Assembly: GCA_001938485.1 (NCBI GenBank)
Contig: MQRK01171274.1
Span: forward strand, 1-64,000
Direction: 5' to 3'
Source: Girardia tigrina
Taxonomy: Eukaryota
Length of the DNA stretch: 64,000 nucleotides
Part shown: positions 36,255 through 51,200 of the stretch, in pieces
How positions within the stretch are numbered: position 1 is the first letter of the stretch
How the letters are laid out: every line of letters begins with the position of its first letter
Position numbers and translations under genes: made by a program
Notes under the pieces: model-generated
The model's database searches: none
What the model was told of the DNA's origin: nothing
What the model saw: only the letters and a program-made list of their open reading frames with translations

Positions 36255-39200
36255 NNNNNNNNNNNNNNNNNNNNNNNNNNNNNNNNNNNNNNNNNNNNNN
36301 NNNNATATATATATATATATATATATATATAGAAAGTAAGTTAAGAAAAAGAATGGAATGAATTAGAAACCAAGTATGGAAAATTGAAAGATTCATAAGA
36401 GATAGTATAAATTAAGAAAGTAAAGAAAGCAATCAGAAAAGATTAGAAAAAATGATAAAAGATACACGTCCAGGGAATCCCGAAACCTGGACTATTCTAC
36501 CCAATCCTTATAATATTTTAACTTATGATAATTAACTATTTAAGGAAAGTGTAGACAATCTAACCGATCCCAGACATATATCTCTTAATTTGAAATTAAT
36601 ACTTTAAAGCTGCGTAATTGTATTTGGAAATTTATAATTTTTACCAATCACTTTTTTAATTGTTTACAAAAATGAGCATTTTCATAACGTTAAATTACAG
36701 TTTGGTTGATTTACTTTGCTATTTTCAGTAAGTTACACAAATCGATCAACAATGCTTCCAATTTCATTCCTTCCGATAACTTTTTAATTAACTTTACAAG
36801 ACTTTTAAAATGTTACATTGACTCCCATACAACATTTATAACAATATTACCTTTACTGTTTTTTGACTGTTTTATGACTTCCTTACAAAGGTGATATGAT
36901 ATATATCATTAATAATTGTTGCATCATACCTATTAAGATGCTTTCCGATGTCATGTCCCAGGGAGAGGCAAGACCTCGACTTTGTGTCCACTAACATTAC
37001 AACCAATGGTAAAAAAACAATATCTATTGACGATGTATAAACTAAAAAAGTCTAAATAAGAAGAGTTTATTTTGTCTTTTCCAATTAGTACAACCAACAT
37101 ATGCCACCAGGCATAGCATTCAAAAACTTATCTATCACACTATCAACATTTATAAGTTAGAATTCTTCTCTTTCAATGCTTAATAATGTGAAGTTACTGA
37201 GAAATTTCTGGTCAATTGCACTCAAAAGGTAATTCTCGATCAACGCTCATAGGACATCAATGACACAGCAATAAATAACTGTATATGTGATGTAATTCTA
37301 TTTTATTTCATGTTTGAAAGAAAATAAAAGCCAACATTATCGTTGTTAGAATCTTGGCGAACGACAAAATTTTCGAATTTAATATTTAAATATTTATGTA
37401 TGATAAATTAAAATCTGTTGACTAAAATCAAATTAAAATAGAAATTATTAAAGATCAAATTTAAAAAATCTAAAACAAAATTAATTTTCTAAATTAATAT
37501 AATGTTTTAAAAATTGTTTAATTTTGTGTAACGTTTAAAAATGAATTGACTGAATTTTCTTTTTACAAAATAAATGAATACCCGAAAATTAAAGGTAAAA
37601 TCAAAACTAATTTATGAGCTAGTTTAGGTAATTTTAAAATAATAGATCATAAAGTTTAAATAATCTTAAAAGAAATTTTTGTGAATTTAAAATAACAAAT
37701 TAATGTTAAAAAAACTTTTTAGTATAAATTAATTTTACGAAAATTGGAAATTAATAAAATAACAATATATACTATATCATACAGTTTTAAATTAAAATTA
37801 AAATATATATCTATTTATATTTGGAAATGTAGAAACTGGTTCTTGTGAAAAATGGAAATGTAGTTACTCAATAATTTGTTTAAATAGTATTAATATGTTA
37901 TAGTTTTAATAAATTTGTAAATGTAGAATATCGACTTTGTTCACTATTCCAATAATCGTTAATGAATGACACCATCATTTAAGGGATGTAATTCATTATT
38001 AATAAATAAATTAACATTTTTACTATGCATAACTTAAGAACTGACGGAAATTAACTGAATCAAGAGTTAAAATTACTTTTTGTACCAATAGATCTGTGTT
38101 TTTCTTTTTCAATAACAAATATCAAATATAAGTTGTAAAAATCGAAATAATAGGAGAAAACTTTTTTGTCGTCTATGTAAGTATTTTCGGGCATTACCAA
38201 TAATTAAACTAACAATTGAGAAATTAAATATTCACAAAATTTATTTAATTCAATAAAACTGCATACGCGATATATTAATATTATCTAAACAACTGAATTT
38301 CATGAGTTTTTTATATAACAGTATTTAGATCCAATTATAAATAAATATATTTAAATATAGTATAAATAAGTTATTTAATGAGTTATAATTAATTTCCCTT
38401 ACAGTTTATGAAAGCGAGTGCGGAAATTTTACACGACATTAATTTTAAGATATTTATTGTTAATGATAAAGACAAAGCATTGAAAGACAAAAGTATTTTA
38501 GTAGAAATGTTACTTTCTTTAAACTCTTCATAATATCTTACCTCTGCTTGTGTATTGATTATACCTTGCCATATGCGACTAAGATCACGTAAATTAAAAA
38601 CGTAATGAAATTTTGCAGGTGTTGGAAGCATTTTGCCTTTTGTAAGCTGCCACAGATTACGAGTCAGTGGAATAATTTTCTTGACAGCATCCATGACCTC
38701 TTCAGAAAACCCTCTTTCGGCACAATAATGACCATTTCCAATAACACTGAAAACTTTATCTATACTATTATTACTGGGTAAGGTGCAATTAAATATATTA
38801 AAGTGTCTCTTTAGTCTTTCAGGTATATCATTTCTACCACCTCCAGGATGAATCATAGCGGCTAAAAACTGTTTTTATAAAGTTCATTTTTATATTACTG
38901 AAAACAATTTTTAACAGTTACCTGTACATCTACAATACTAATAAATTCTCCTGGTCTTTCTAAGCTATAAAAGCCTTTCATTTCCATTGTCTGTCGAACT
39001 ATTTCATTTGCAATCTGATCTCCCCATTCATTAATTAATGGCATATTAATATCATCAACAAAAACTGTCATTTTCTTTCCAGCCGGAGGTCCAAAAGTCG
39101 TTCCTACTCGTTTTTCCACAAAGCTTTCGATGGTTCTCTACATTTTAAGTATATTTCAGGATTGAAAAGAATTATAAAAGAGCAATAGATTAATTTTGAT

Positions 39201-42200
39201 GTATATTCTATCAAAACTAAAGACTGAATATTATTTCAAATGAAAAATGTGTTTTTTAAAAATTTATAATAAAAACAAAATCGGAGCTCTAACTTAACGC
39301 ATAAAATTACTAAAATTTCGTACCAAAACTTTTATTGCGTTATTAGAAATAAATCTTTTGAAAATTTATTGTTCTGATTCGATTTGCTGAAAAGCAGCAC
39401 TTAAGGTTTCTAATAGAATGACATTGAATTTGAACGATTTTGGGATTTGTTTCTGCCGAGAATGATAAAATTTTTATTAAATGGAAATTAGAATCTTCTA
39501 TCACTGGACATTGTTGCCAGCAAATGTCTTGTATTCAGTAGTAATATTGAAGCAAAATAAGAGTTCGAGTACATCAAACGAATGTTGAAAGCGACGATGC
39601 CAATGGGGAAAAGGATCAGGGAGAGGAATAAGCAATCCATATCCAAATGTATCCGAGTAGATATAAAATGGTCTTTTGGGGATGAGGTGGTCTACAATGA
39701 CTTCATGATTCGCATCATTCACTGTAGATTGGGATTCGTATTTGTACTCCATAAATAAATTAGATCGGGTCCATCGAAAAAGAATAAATGTCCTAAAATT
39801 AATCAAGGAGAGAAAAGCTTCTACAATGTCTAAAAGAGAGGTGCTTCAAGGACTTCACGAAATAAATGGGCTTGAATCGACAAGTTAAGAAAGATCATGA
39901 AACGGCGGCCACTTCTGCCCTGACAGAAACGACAATGACGATAAAAGTCAAAAAAGTCACAAAACTTTTTAAATATACCTGATGTAAAGACTTATTAAAA
40001 AATGCTGGCTAATAAGACACCTCAATAACGATCGCAAACCTGAAAGAGTTTAAATTGTCAGAGTCTCATCAAATCAGGCAAATCAATTCAACTAGGTCTG
40101 CGACACGATTCAGAAAGCCGATCCAAATACCAAAAATACTCCAGAAATCCAAAGCCATTTAGAAAAGAAACCTCAGACTGTTTCGACGGTGGTACCCCTA
40201 CAAAAGCGCGTGCAACAAATGTGCTAAAAGGGAATTGCAAAACTTTTTTTTAATTACTTAATATTTTAATTACTTATTAAAGATATTTTTGAATTATAAA
40301 ATTAATAGTTTTTTTGAAAATTTTTAATTATTATTTACTTATTGCTGATGATATTTTGAGGCATTTACAAATTATAAGTATTGGATTTTATTGTAATGAT
40401 TTATTTAAAATATATTAAAAATATTTAATGTCAATATCAATCTTAATGCCAATATTAATTTAATATACTGAACAAAAGATTAAAAAAACACAAATTTATT
40501 GTAAATTAAACAATTATCTAAAAGAGACAATCTAAATGCCAATATTAAGAACTACTGCATGCAAATACTCCATAAATTCACATCATTTATAAGTAGGAAT
40601 AATTGCAGCAAGACATTTGAATAATTGTACCTACTTAGATTTGCTGACTGTTTGAAGAGAAATTCCACTAAATATACGACTTATAGTTTGCTCTGTCAAG
40701 TCTGGTTCACGACGGAAATGATCGATCAATGTGTAAATTGTAGGATGATGACAAGCAACAGATGAATGAAATGCATTATGCCAACCCTCGACTGAATTAT
40801 TAGTTCGAGGCAAACCTTCAGTAGCACGTTTTCGCATATTCCACATTGTGATAGAAAACAGAGGTTGACCATGTAGATTGCGTCTCAAGCGCCCAATATA
40901 GTTATCTTCCCAATAATTACAAATATTTTCAAGACACTCAGGTCTACTGTTAATCAAGTCATCAAATGCTGCCCAACATCTTCCGGAGGAACAAAGCTTA
41001 GTGCTATCAACATTTGGTATATAATTTTACGTTTTCGTCGTTACGATAAAGGTTAATGAAAGGGACCATCTTTTGCGCCAGGAGTCCATAAAGCTGTCAA
41101 ATCCGGGAAAAGATTTGTAGGCCATCACTACTTGACGAGTGGTGTACCTACATAACATAGCGTATGACTACTGGTAGTTGAGGTACGTATTGGTGAGCAA
41201 ATGGTGATGGAGCTGTTGGATCCTCGATGTTCAATGACGATAATTGAGCAGTATCGGACCCCAAAGATTGGTCACTTAAATTTCGTAGAATTTGCCTGGG
41301 CTGTATATGTTTTTAGTGTCTTGAGAAAAATAGGCGTGTGATTCTGTATTGCAATAATCGTTCATTGATTGTTTTTAATATGAATATATCGTGCTAGAGT
41401 TTTAATATTATTGTGTAAAAAATATTTTTCATAAAAAAATAAACAAACTTGAAATAAAGCTGGAGTTGTTGCCGAAGAAAAGTTAAAAGATTTTGAAACA
41501 CTGGTTTCTATGTTGCTTTTGCTCATATATTTTATAATCATAACTGTTTTAGCTGTTCCAGGTTCTCCGATAAGCAAAACTGATTTTTCTTGTTTTGCAA
41601 TATTGTCCATCAGAAATTCAGTTCGTACGTTATCAACATTGGGTACCAATATTTTAGAATATTCAGGTGTAAAATCAGTGGGATATAAATATTCTTCAAC
41701 ATAGTTATTCCAATGATCCCATTTACCTATGAAATGTTATGTAAAATTTATGACATCATGTATAAAATTATCAACCTTCATTATTAACTTTGTATTCGAA
41801 TATTGTAGAGTCTCCTTCAATAACCGGTAAGTCTAAATTAATCTCTTTCTCATTCCTTAAAAACTCTTCCATTTTTGCCCGTTCATTTAACTCCAGAAAA
41901 GCTCCCAGAGACCACATTAATGCAAACACGTATAATCTCTCTAAATGTTTATCTGAAAGACCTTCTTGAACTAAGATGCCTTGAAGTATATCGCAAGCTT
42001 GACGTATTATGAAGGCCTCTAATACAATCATTTTCATTGGTAAATTATTTACAATATATTTCAAAGTTTGTGGAAAGGATCTCTCAAACAATGAATATAA
42101 TTTTTCCCTTTCTGACATTGGTCTTGTTAAAAGCCATCCCTTTATAATATTTATAAAATTTCTACTTTTAAAATAAATTATTTACCTTTAATATTGGACT

Positions 42201-45200
42201 CCAGTTAAGAGCAGAACTTGACATGAACACCATTCCGTTTCTGGACACAGTTGCTGGAGACGCGTTATCTATATTGTGAACTTCAAATATAATTTTGCAA
42301 TTTGCCCCCATAGGTATTCGATCACCGTTTGCGAGAGTCAAAGTTTTATTATCATCTAAAACTGAATTAAGATTTTCAATCCATATAGCATCAACAGGTC
42401 CATCCAGAATAAGCCAACAATGATCGCCTTTTTTAAGTTTTAAAGTTCGTCTCCAAAGAGTGGAAAATATTCCATCAGTCCAATCATTAGTGGCAACATC
42501 TAATTTACCAAACATTTCTGAAGCTGTGATAGCTTTAGGGTTCATTCTCATTTCTCTATGTGGCTCTCCACAATCGGTTAAAGACCTCATTAAAACAGTT
42601 ATGCAAATGGATTTACCACTACCAGAGGGTCCTAAGGTCATCATACCATGTCTGACACTCTGCGTCTCAAATAACTAAAAAAATAGACTGTTATTGATAG
42701 ATTGACAATAAAATATTTAAATATTTCACCATAAATAAAGAGATTAATAAAATTTTAAACAAAGTTTAATTAATTACCATGATTACATTTGAAATCAAAA
42801 TTAATTTAATAAAAGTAATTAATTAATTGAAAAAAAAAGTTATAAAACTTAGTATTTTACTTGAACGACTTTCAAGATCCAAGGAGGATGGAATATCATT
42901 TTTAAACCTTCAACTTGTTTCCGTATTGAAGCTTCAAGTTCTGGATAGCCGGCTTTGTCAAGAACTATTCCTGGAAATAAATCGTTGATAAGGGACAGGA
43001 AAAGAGGTTCGTCTTGATCCACTAATTTGCTTAGATTCATGTCTCGTAGTACTCTCATTACCGTTCTCTCTTCCGAATCATTGGGAGAAATTCTTCTTGC
43101 TGCTCCAAGTGATCTTAGGACGGATAGAATATTTCTCAAACCAAAGTCGTAGTGAACCTAGTTTTGAATAGGATGTAAGATTATCAATGCAGAGGATTTA
43201 TATTAAAGAATATAAATTAAAGAAACAATGATCAGTGTTTCTAAACTAAATTGAGTTTCAGTTTTATTATAATTCTTTTTTTGTTCCTTTTTTTGAGTGT
43301 ATTCGCAACTGCTGGTTCATCGATTCCAGGCTTAAAATCATTAAGATTTATTTTTGGCCAGAAAGTTTTTGGGAAATTAGAGACCACAACAAAAATTTCG
43401 CATTAGCGAAAAAAACGAGTCCTTTTAAACGACGAATTGGTTTTACCGCATTAAATAAGAATAAATACATATGCAATATCCAATTTTTTTAACAAAATCG
43501 ATTTTTTTAATTTTCAATTTTTTTAGCTTCATAAAAAAGTCAAATTTATTTGCTAAAAAAGTAATTATTTAATAAAAAATCAAAAATTTAAAATTAAAAA
43601 AATGACGATTTTGTTTTACGGTAAGTATTGCTTACGTATTTTTTTCTTAAGTACTTTTTTTATAAATAAGAGGGTACAAGGTGGGCTGAACAACAATTAT
43701 AATACTTGGACAGCGGATATTAACGATTAATTAATCAATTAATTGTTTATTTTTTAACGATTAAAAAGTTTTAGCTTAATCAAAATTTTCATTTACTTCT
43801 TTATTATATAGCCACATACTTTTGTTGGGTATTTAATTTGAATTGAATTTGAACACAAAAATTCAGAAGGATTTGTTTGGTGTTCGGCGCTCAATAATCT
43901 GACCCAACGTTTAATCTCGATGAACTCCTTGACTCCAATAAATAACAAAACTTTTTCAATAATCGTTTATTTCAATATACAATTACAATCTTGAGCAAAG
44001 GTTTGTACAACTTTGTGAATGATTGGAGGCGAGAATATCAGATGCTATACAGCATAAAATAATTTTAAAGTCCTATACAGGAATTAAATTGTTCTTTTAA
44101 TTTTACAAAATTTTTCTTCTTTTTCCTTTTTTATATAAAAATATTGCTCTATTTATACTAGAGCTTACCATGTTTAAAATTCCAAAATATAAATAAATAT
44201 ATATTTTAATTTATTTATTACATAAAATATTTTTTTTAAAAAAAATTTTTATCAGGCCATTAAGGCCAATAAATCAATTAGGCCATTAGGCCGATAACGT
44301 TTGACAGACCATTAGGCCGATAATATCTGATTAGGCCATTCAGGCCGAATTAAATTTTTATTTTGATAAATGGCCTAATGGCCGATTATAATAAGTCGAC
44401 TGAGTCAACGTTTATTTCCTTTAAATAGGAAAATATTTTCCAAAATTTTTATTATCCAATTTTAGATTTAGGCAACATAACAGGCCCCCAAAATTCGACA
44501 CCATTCCGGGGAATGAGACGTAATAATCTCTCATTCCAAGGAATGATCGAAAGAGGAGCCTCAGGCTTCCAAAAATATCCAAATTCGTTTCATAAACATT
44601 CTCAAAAAAATATTATTCTTATTAACCACCACAGAGCCATCACCGACTGCCGTACGACACCTATACAACTTCACACAACCGTATGGTATATATTTTATAT
44701 ATTTATATATACATATAATTTTATACTCAAGACCTCAACACTTTATACATGCTTTTGAAATTAAGCACAAATTCACAGACATACAAAGTAAGAAAATGCA
44801 GTCAAATAAAATATAATAACCGGAAGTATTTAACTGAAAATTTCAGTTCTGATTATTTCAGTCTGAAATACAAAAATCAAAACATTGTCATGTAACGGTA
44901 AAGAATTTGTGCATATCTGGTAAGAGACAAATCATCCAGCCCATTGGCAGTTTTCATTAAATTAGTTCAGTTTAACATTTTGTTATGTCCAGTATTTCTG
45001 GTCAGATTTTTCTTCGTTTTATTTTATACATAATATTTCTCTCATTCAAAATGCCACCTCCAACAGTCGTGCCACCCGGGGCGGACCGCCCCCCGTCCCC
45101 CTACGCTACGCCACTGATTATAATAGAATTATGATTTCTGTCATTCTGTCTGTCTGTCTGTCTGTGTGAAGTTCCCGGAGTTCAGTAAAACAAATTTAAT

Positions 45201-48200
45201 TATTTTTTTAATGAAAAAACAACCGATTGATCCAGAATCTACGCAACGAGGCGATTCTAACGATGTACCTCCGCCGCCGATCCAACGAGAAGTCGATGAA
45301 TCAACGATGAAAATGGTCAACATAAATACAAAAAAAACAATATCCACAATACGAAACCCAAAGAAGGAAATATGATGAATTTGGATGAAAATCGATTGAT
45401 CATAAACCTACTCGACATGAAGAGTCCGAAAATCTTGCTCTGTCACCGATTAGAGAAGTAGAACTTGATGAATTCGGTAATAAAAGTATTAATTCATTTA
45501 AAAAAACGATAAATGAATTATATTACATTTATTATAATTACAGATTTTTTTTAATTTAATTAATTTAATTTTTTTTTAATAATTATAAAAATAACTTTCA
45601 AAATTTTTGTATATTTTTTTGTAATGAAAATTTTTTAAAAGTTTTTTTTTATTTTTTATAATTAATTTTATTTTTTTATAATTATTTTGTGCCAATATTT
45701 ATTTTTATTTTTAATTATTATTAAAAACTAATTAAAAAATTAATTACAATAAAAAATCATTTTGAAAAAAATTTTCTATTTTTTAATAATTAATATAAAT
45801 TTTTATTTGAATATTTTTTAAAAAAAAGAAAAAAATTAAGCAAAATATTTTTTTATAATTATAATATTTTTTTAAAATTGAATTGTTGTACGATTATTTA
45901 AAATTAAAAATTGTTTTTGATTTATTTTAATTTTTCAAAACAATTATTTTAATAATAATAAATAAAACAATAGCTTGAAAATTTTTTAATAATTAAATTT
46001 TAATTAAAATTTGTGTGGGGGCAGATCCGAAATCTTTCCGTTTTATTTAACTAACTTTTCTTATTTATTTAACTTTTCCGCTTAATATATTTAACTAATT
46101 TTTACTATAATAGAATTATGATTTCTGTATGTTTGAAGTTCCCGATGATTAAAGTGATTCGTTTAAAATTTGCCAGACCTGGCGAAATGGGTTCACTCTA
46201 GTTTATATATAATGCAATGTCTTATTTTATGCTTTAAAAATATAACTTGTTTTGTGAGCTGTTCTTCACATAGTTTGTAAAGGACATAAAATTTTCTGGC
46301 AAGAATAATATTTTCTATGAATCCACAAGCCGCCAGTTTGACACGAATAATAATTTGTCTATCCGGTACCATCATAGCAACTGATCGAAAATTAATCTTT
46401 AAATTCTCCGGCAATTCTTGTCTTCCAGCGTACCCGGGATTCTGGAATTAATTTATTTCATTTGTAATTAAATATTAAAAAGATTCATACCATTGTTAAA
46501 AATAGACCAAATTCTGGATTCATTTCCACTGTATCACCATCACTGAAAATAAATTGAGATTTGCCTTCCTTTTTACACTGAAGAATAATTGCAATTTGCT
46601 GAGCTGCGACTGATAGCACTGGTAATTCAATACGATTAAATTCATCGAAACATCCCCATGAACCCGATTGTGCTAGACCTTTATAAATTCGTCCGAGACC
46701 TCTAAAATCCATTTGATCTGAGCAATTAAACACGACAACATATTTTCCTAAACATCGACCCATATCCTATAATTTAAGGTAATGATATTTATATATTCCG
46801 ATAAATATTACCTTAGTGGTTTCGGTTTTACCGGTCCCAGCAGGACCAGCAGGAGCGGCCCCTAAACTCATACTCAAAGCCTGTGCTATGGTAATATAAC
46901 ATCTATCTGTAAGAGGGGTTATGACCAAACGCTCAGTGCAACCAAGAAATTCGTTCTGATATTCAAAATCAACATCAGTTATGGATATTACGCATTTGTC
47001 TACGTCTTCCATAAAATAAAATCGAGTTTGTTTGGTCCATTCGAAATCAGTCGGAGATTTCACGTTTTGTTTACACTAAAAATAATAAATGTTAAATTTT
47101 AAATCAAAACTTAAAAGCCAATTAAAAACGTTTATTAATTTCGACGGTTTAACCGTCATCGTCAGAACAAATGATTTTTCAAACGAAATTTACTTATATA
47201 GTGCAGTTAATGATTATGCAATCAATACGTAATCAGTACATCATTTAAAAACTCTCAACAAAGTTGTAGAGAGTGCAGTTTGAACGTTAATTTTAGGATC
47301 CAAAGATCTAATATATAACGCTTCACATGTCACTCTCTCCCAATAACTTTTAAATTGAGTGCACAGAATTTTAAAATGTTGTGAATTTATATCTCCTTTA
47401 CATTGTCTTATATGTCCTGCAATGTTACTTCCACCTTCATTGCGACTGTGTTCCTGGATTCTCTTACAGAGATGACGTGAAGTCTCTCCAATGTATGTGG
47501 CGTTACACCCATTACATGTATANNNNNNNNNNNNNNNNNNNNNNNNNNNNNNNNNNNNNNNNNNNNNNNNNNGTTGCAAGATTGCTCTTGATCTTGAACA
47601 TCTAAAATTTTAGCATTACTTTTTTTGTCAATTAATTTATCAATAGTTTCCTTTGTTAATTTCTCTACTATCGATTTTGAATATCCGTTATATGTAGATG
47701 AAAGAGCCCATGAACGAAAAATAAGACCTTTAATCATATTTCGACGATATTTGGGTTCACAGAAACTGATCGGTGTTGTATACAACCCCGTGTCAGTTTT
47801 CTTTCTGTAAATCTCAGTCTCATAACGTCCATTTTTTCTTTCAATTAATAAATCAAGAAAGGACAATTTCTTATCTTGTTCTTTCTCCATAGTAAACTTT
47901 ACATTTGAATGCAAAGAATTCATATAATTTAAAAATGGGTAAATATTTGTTTCGTTTTGAAAAATCAAAAATATATCATCAACATAGCGTTTATACGCTA
48001 GAGGTTTCCGACCGACAAAAGAATTGATTTTATCTTCAATACTCGAAAGAAATATTGAAGCCAAAGTGGGGGCTAATGGTGAACCCATAGCTACTCCATC
48101 AACTTGTTTGTACCAGTCATTATTGAACAAAGATGTGCATTTTTGTTGATTGTTTGCGACAATCGATGACGTTCAGCACAATGGTTGAACTGCGATGTGG

Positions 48201-51200
48201 CTACTCACCATTTTTTGAAACCGAAACTCCACCAAAAGAAGGTTATGGTGACTGTTTGGTAATCAACAGCTGGTCTGATCCATCACAGCTTTCTGAATAG
48301 GGGTGAAACGATTACTGCAGAGAAGTACTGCAAACAAATTTAAAAAATACATCACGAGCTCCCACATATGTGCCCAAGATTGGTCAATATGAAGGAGCCA
48401 ATTCTCCTCCACGACAACGCCCAACCACACATCGCCAAACCGACAGTACAAAAGCTAAACAAATTGGACTACGAAATTCGGTCTCATCCACCCTACTCAC
48501 CGGACCTGTCGCCCACCGATTACCATTTTTTCAAGCATCTGCACAACTTCCTCCAGGAAAAATACTTCTAAAAGACCAAGACGGCTCCAAAGACGCCTTT
48601 AACACTTTCATTGCATCCAGAACTCAGGAGTTCTACACTAGCGGTATCAATAATTTTTTTTCTCGTTGGCAAAAAATGTCTTGATGCTGATTTCGATTAA
48701 TAAAGTTTATTCTGTTCTGAGTTACATTTGTTAAAGTTTAGGTTCAAAAATCTGCATTGCTTTTGCAACAATCTAATATTTCTGTGTATTTTCAGCTTTA
48801 GCTCATCTCTTTATTTACGTTAAAAATTTTACGAATCAATAAGGAATATCGAAAATTGAAATGGCTATAATGATTTTTATGGAAAATATTTTTTAGTTTA
48901 TCACTCGACACATTTTCGGTTGTTTGGCCGATAAATAAAAAACAAAGATAATTTTAATAATTTTTAATAAGTTTTAATAATTTTGATTTGTGTTATTAAT
49001 ACATTGTTCTTGAAAATAAAAATTCTTTGCTATAAAATATATGGTTTATCATAAAATTCTAATTATTACTAAATTCTTCGGAACTAAATCTTAATCTAAC
49101 CAAGTCATCAAATATATCTCGCTGGTGAACATGAATTGTTATGAAAGTTTCATATTTTGTTCTTGAATATTTTGTTAAATCTCTCGTTGTTTCTCCAATC
49201 AGCAAATTTAATAACATCAGGAATATTTTGTTCGTTTTTTGCATGACTTTAGGATCATTTCGAGACTCTCTTAACGCATCTGTTGCGTTTCTCGTCCATA
49301 ATATCTGAATTCCAAGGAGCCCCACTTGAGCTGGTTGACCATCTAAAAATTCTACAAGGTCTAATTCTTCATCTTGAATTTGAAAGGCTGCATTTTGTAT
49401 AACAGTATGGAGAGAATATTGGGCTACTTTAAGTAATCGACCAAGCCATGATTCAACATGTCCTTCGCATTTCACTGGTCGTATCATCTAATACAGTTTA
49501 TATATATAATTGATTGTTAAAAGTAATTACCTTTAATTCTTCATTTTCCATCGAATACGCAGCTACAATCAAATCATATTGTCTATCATCAAATTTTACA
49601 CGTTTCGTATTATCAAATATTGAAAGCAAATGTGCTTGTATTGAATGAGGATCAGACGCTTGACCAAGAATTTCTAACAAAACTGGATCTGATACAAAAA
49701 AGAATCGCGGAAAGACAAGTCGCTTTTTTTCAAGATATCCGGTGAGAGATTTTTGACAAATTTCTAATTGTTCAAACAATCGTGGTAGTAGTTCTACAAG
49801 TGAATGATCACTTGAACAACATGATACTACATTAGGTGTATCACGCGCTCTTTCCATAACTTTGACATATGATTTATCAATTCCTTGGAAACGCTTGGCT
49901 TCTTGGGGTAACTGCTTTGCAATATCTCCACCAACAAACACAGCTTCAAGATATACCCACAAGTTCTGTACTTTCATCCAGTTTTCTAGCACTTCACTGG
50001 ATGTTGTTAATTTCTGAACCCACTCCGTAATAGGCTTTTTAAAAGGTGCATTGTATCTATAATATTTTTAACACTTAATTTAAAAGTAAAATAAAATTAC
50101 CTATTACTCATCAAGGAACTTAAAATCATTAACGAATCTTCCAAAAGGCTAATGACTTCTGAAACACGATCTCCTTTCAGTAACAGTTCTCCTCTAGTTT
50201 TGAAAGCGGCCAGCTTTAAATCTTGGTTAGCCCAATCATTGATAACACCATTCAGTTTAGCTTCTATGTCTTTTTCTCGCACTGCCGAAACACAAATATC
50301 TTCAACATCATCTTTTACAACTAATAAAGGAGCATCCAGCATATTTTTTAATGTAAATGTTTCAGACTCTACATCGAAACTATAATGAGTAAGATCAGCT
50401 AATCTTTGCCAATGTCTCGCTTTCATAGCTTTATTTGTCATCATTTCAAGTAATGGAACTTTTTCATTGAAATCATCAATTGTTTTTTGTAGGTCAGTAT
50501 ACGCCGGCCAGTCCTTAAGAGCCTTTGGTAATCTTTTGCACCTTAATAAAAAGAATAAGAGTAAAATAATTTGGTATTTTTGATTTTGGAACTATATTTA
50601 TTTAATAATCGAACAAAAGTGTGCTCGAAAAATGCACACAGTATAAAGGAAACACTTTAGACCTAGAAGTTTAAATAGATGGAATAAAAATCTACAATGA
50701 TTGCTAATTTTAAATCATAGGTTTTTAAGAACTTTTTGTCATCAAATGAATTTTGGGATTTGATTAACATTTTAGACAGTTTTCTAGTTGGTTTATGAGT
50801 CCACACAAAAATTATTAAAAATACAAAAATAATAAAGGATGTTTAAAGTAAGTTATTTAAACCGGCGTGAGTAAAGTTATAAATTGTTACGTCAGTTATG
50901 AGACGGATAGGAGATACCCAATATTTTATGTCCAGTTTTTGATACTATGATTGTAATTATGATTGTACCCTTATCTTCAGTTATTGAAATGACAGGACTC
51001 ACATGACAACAGTAACATAAAAAAATCTACGTTTAAAAATATCTCGGGTACAACATACATGTAGTGCTCCCCTTCAAAACAACATTTTCGTTGGCTCTGA
51101 GCCCCCATCCGCTTTTAGAGTTAAACGGCAACTCTAACTTTTACTACCTCTCTGCATGGACACTCACTATATTTGGAGAGCATCAACAAGTTGTGTAAAC

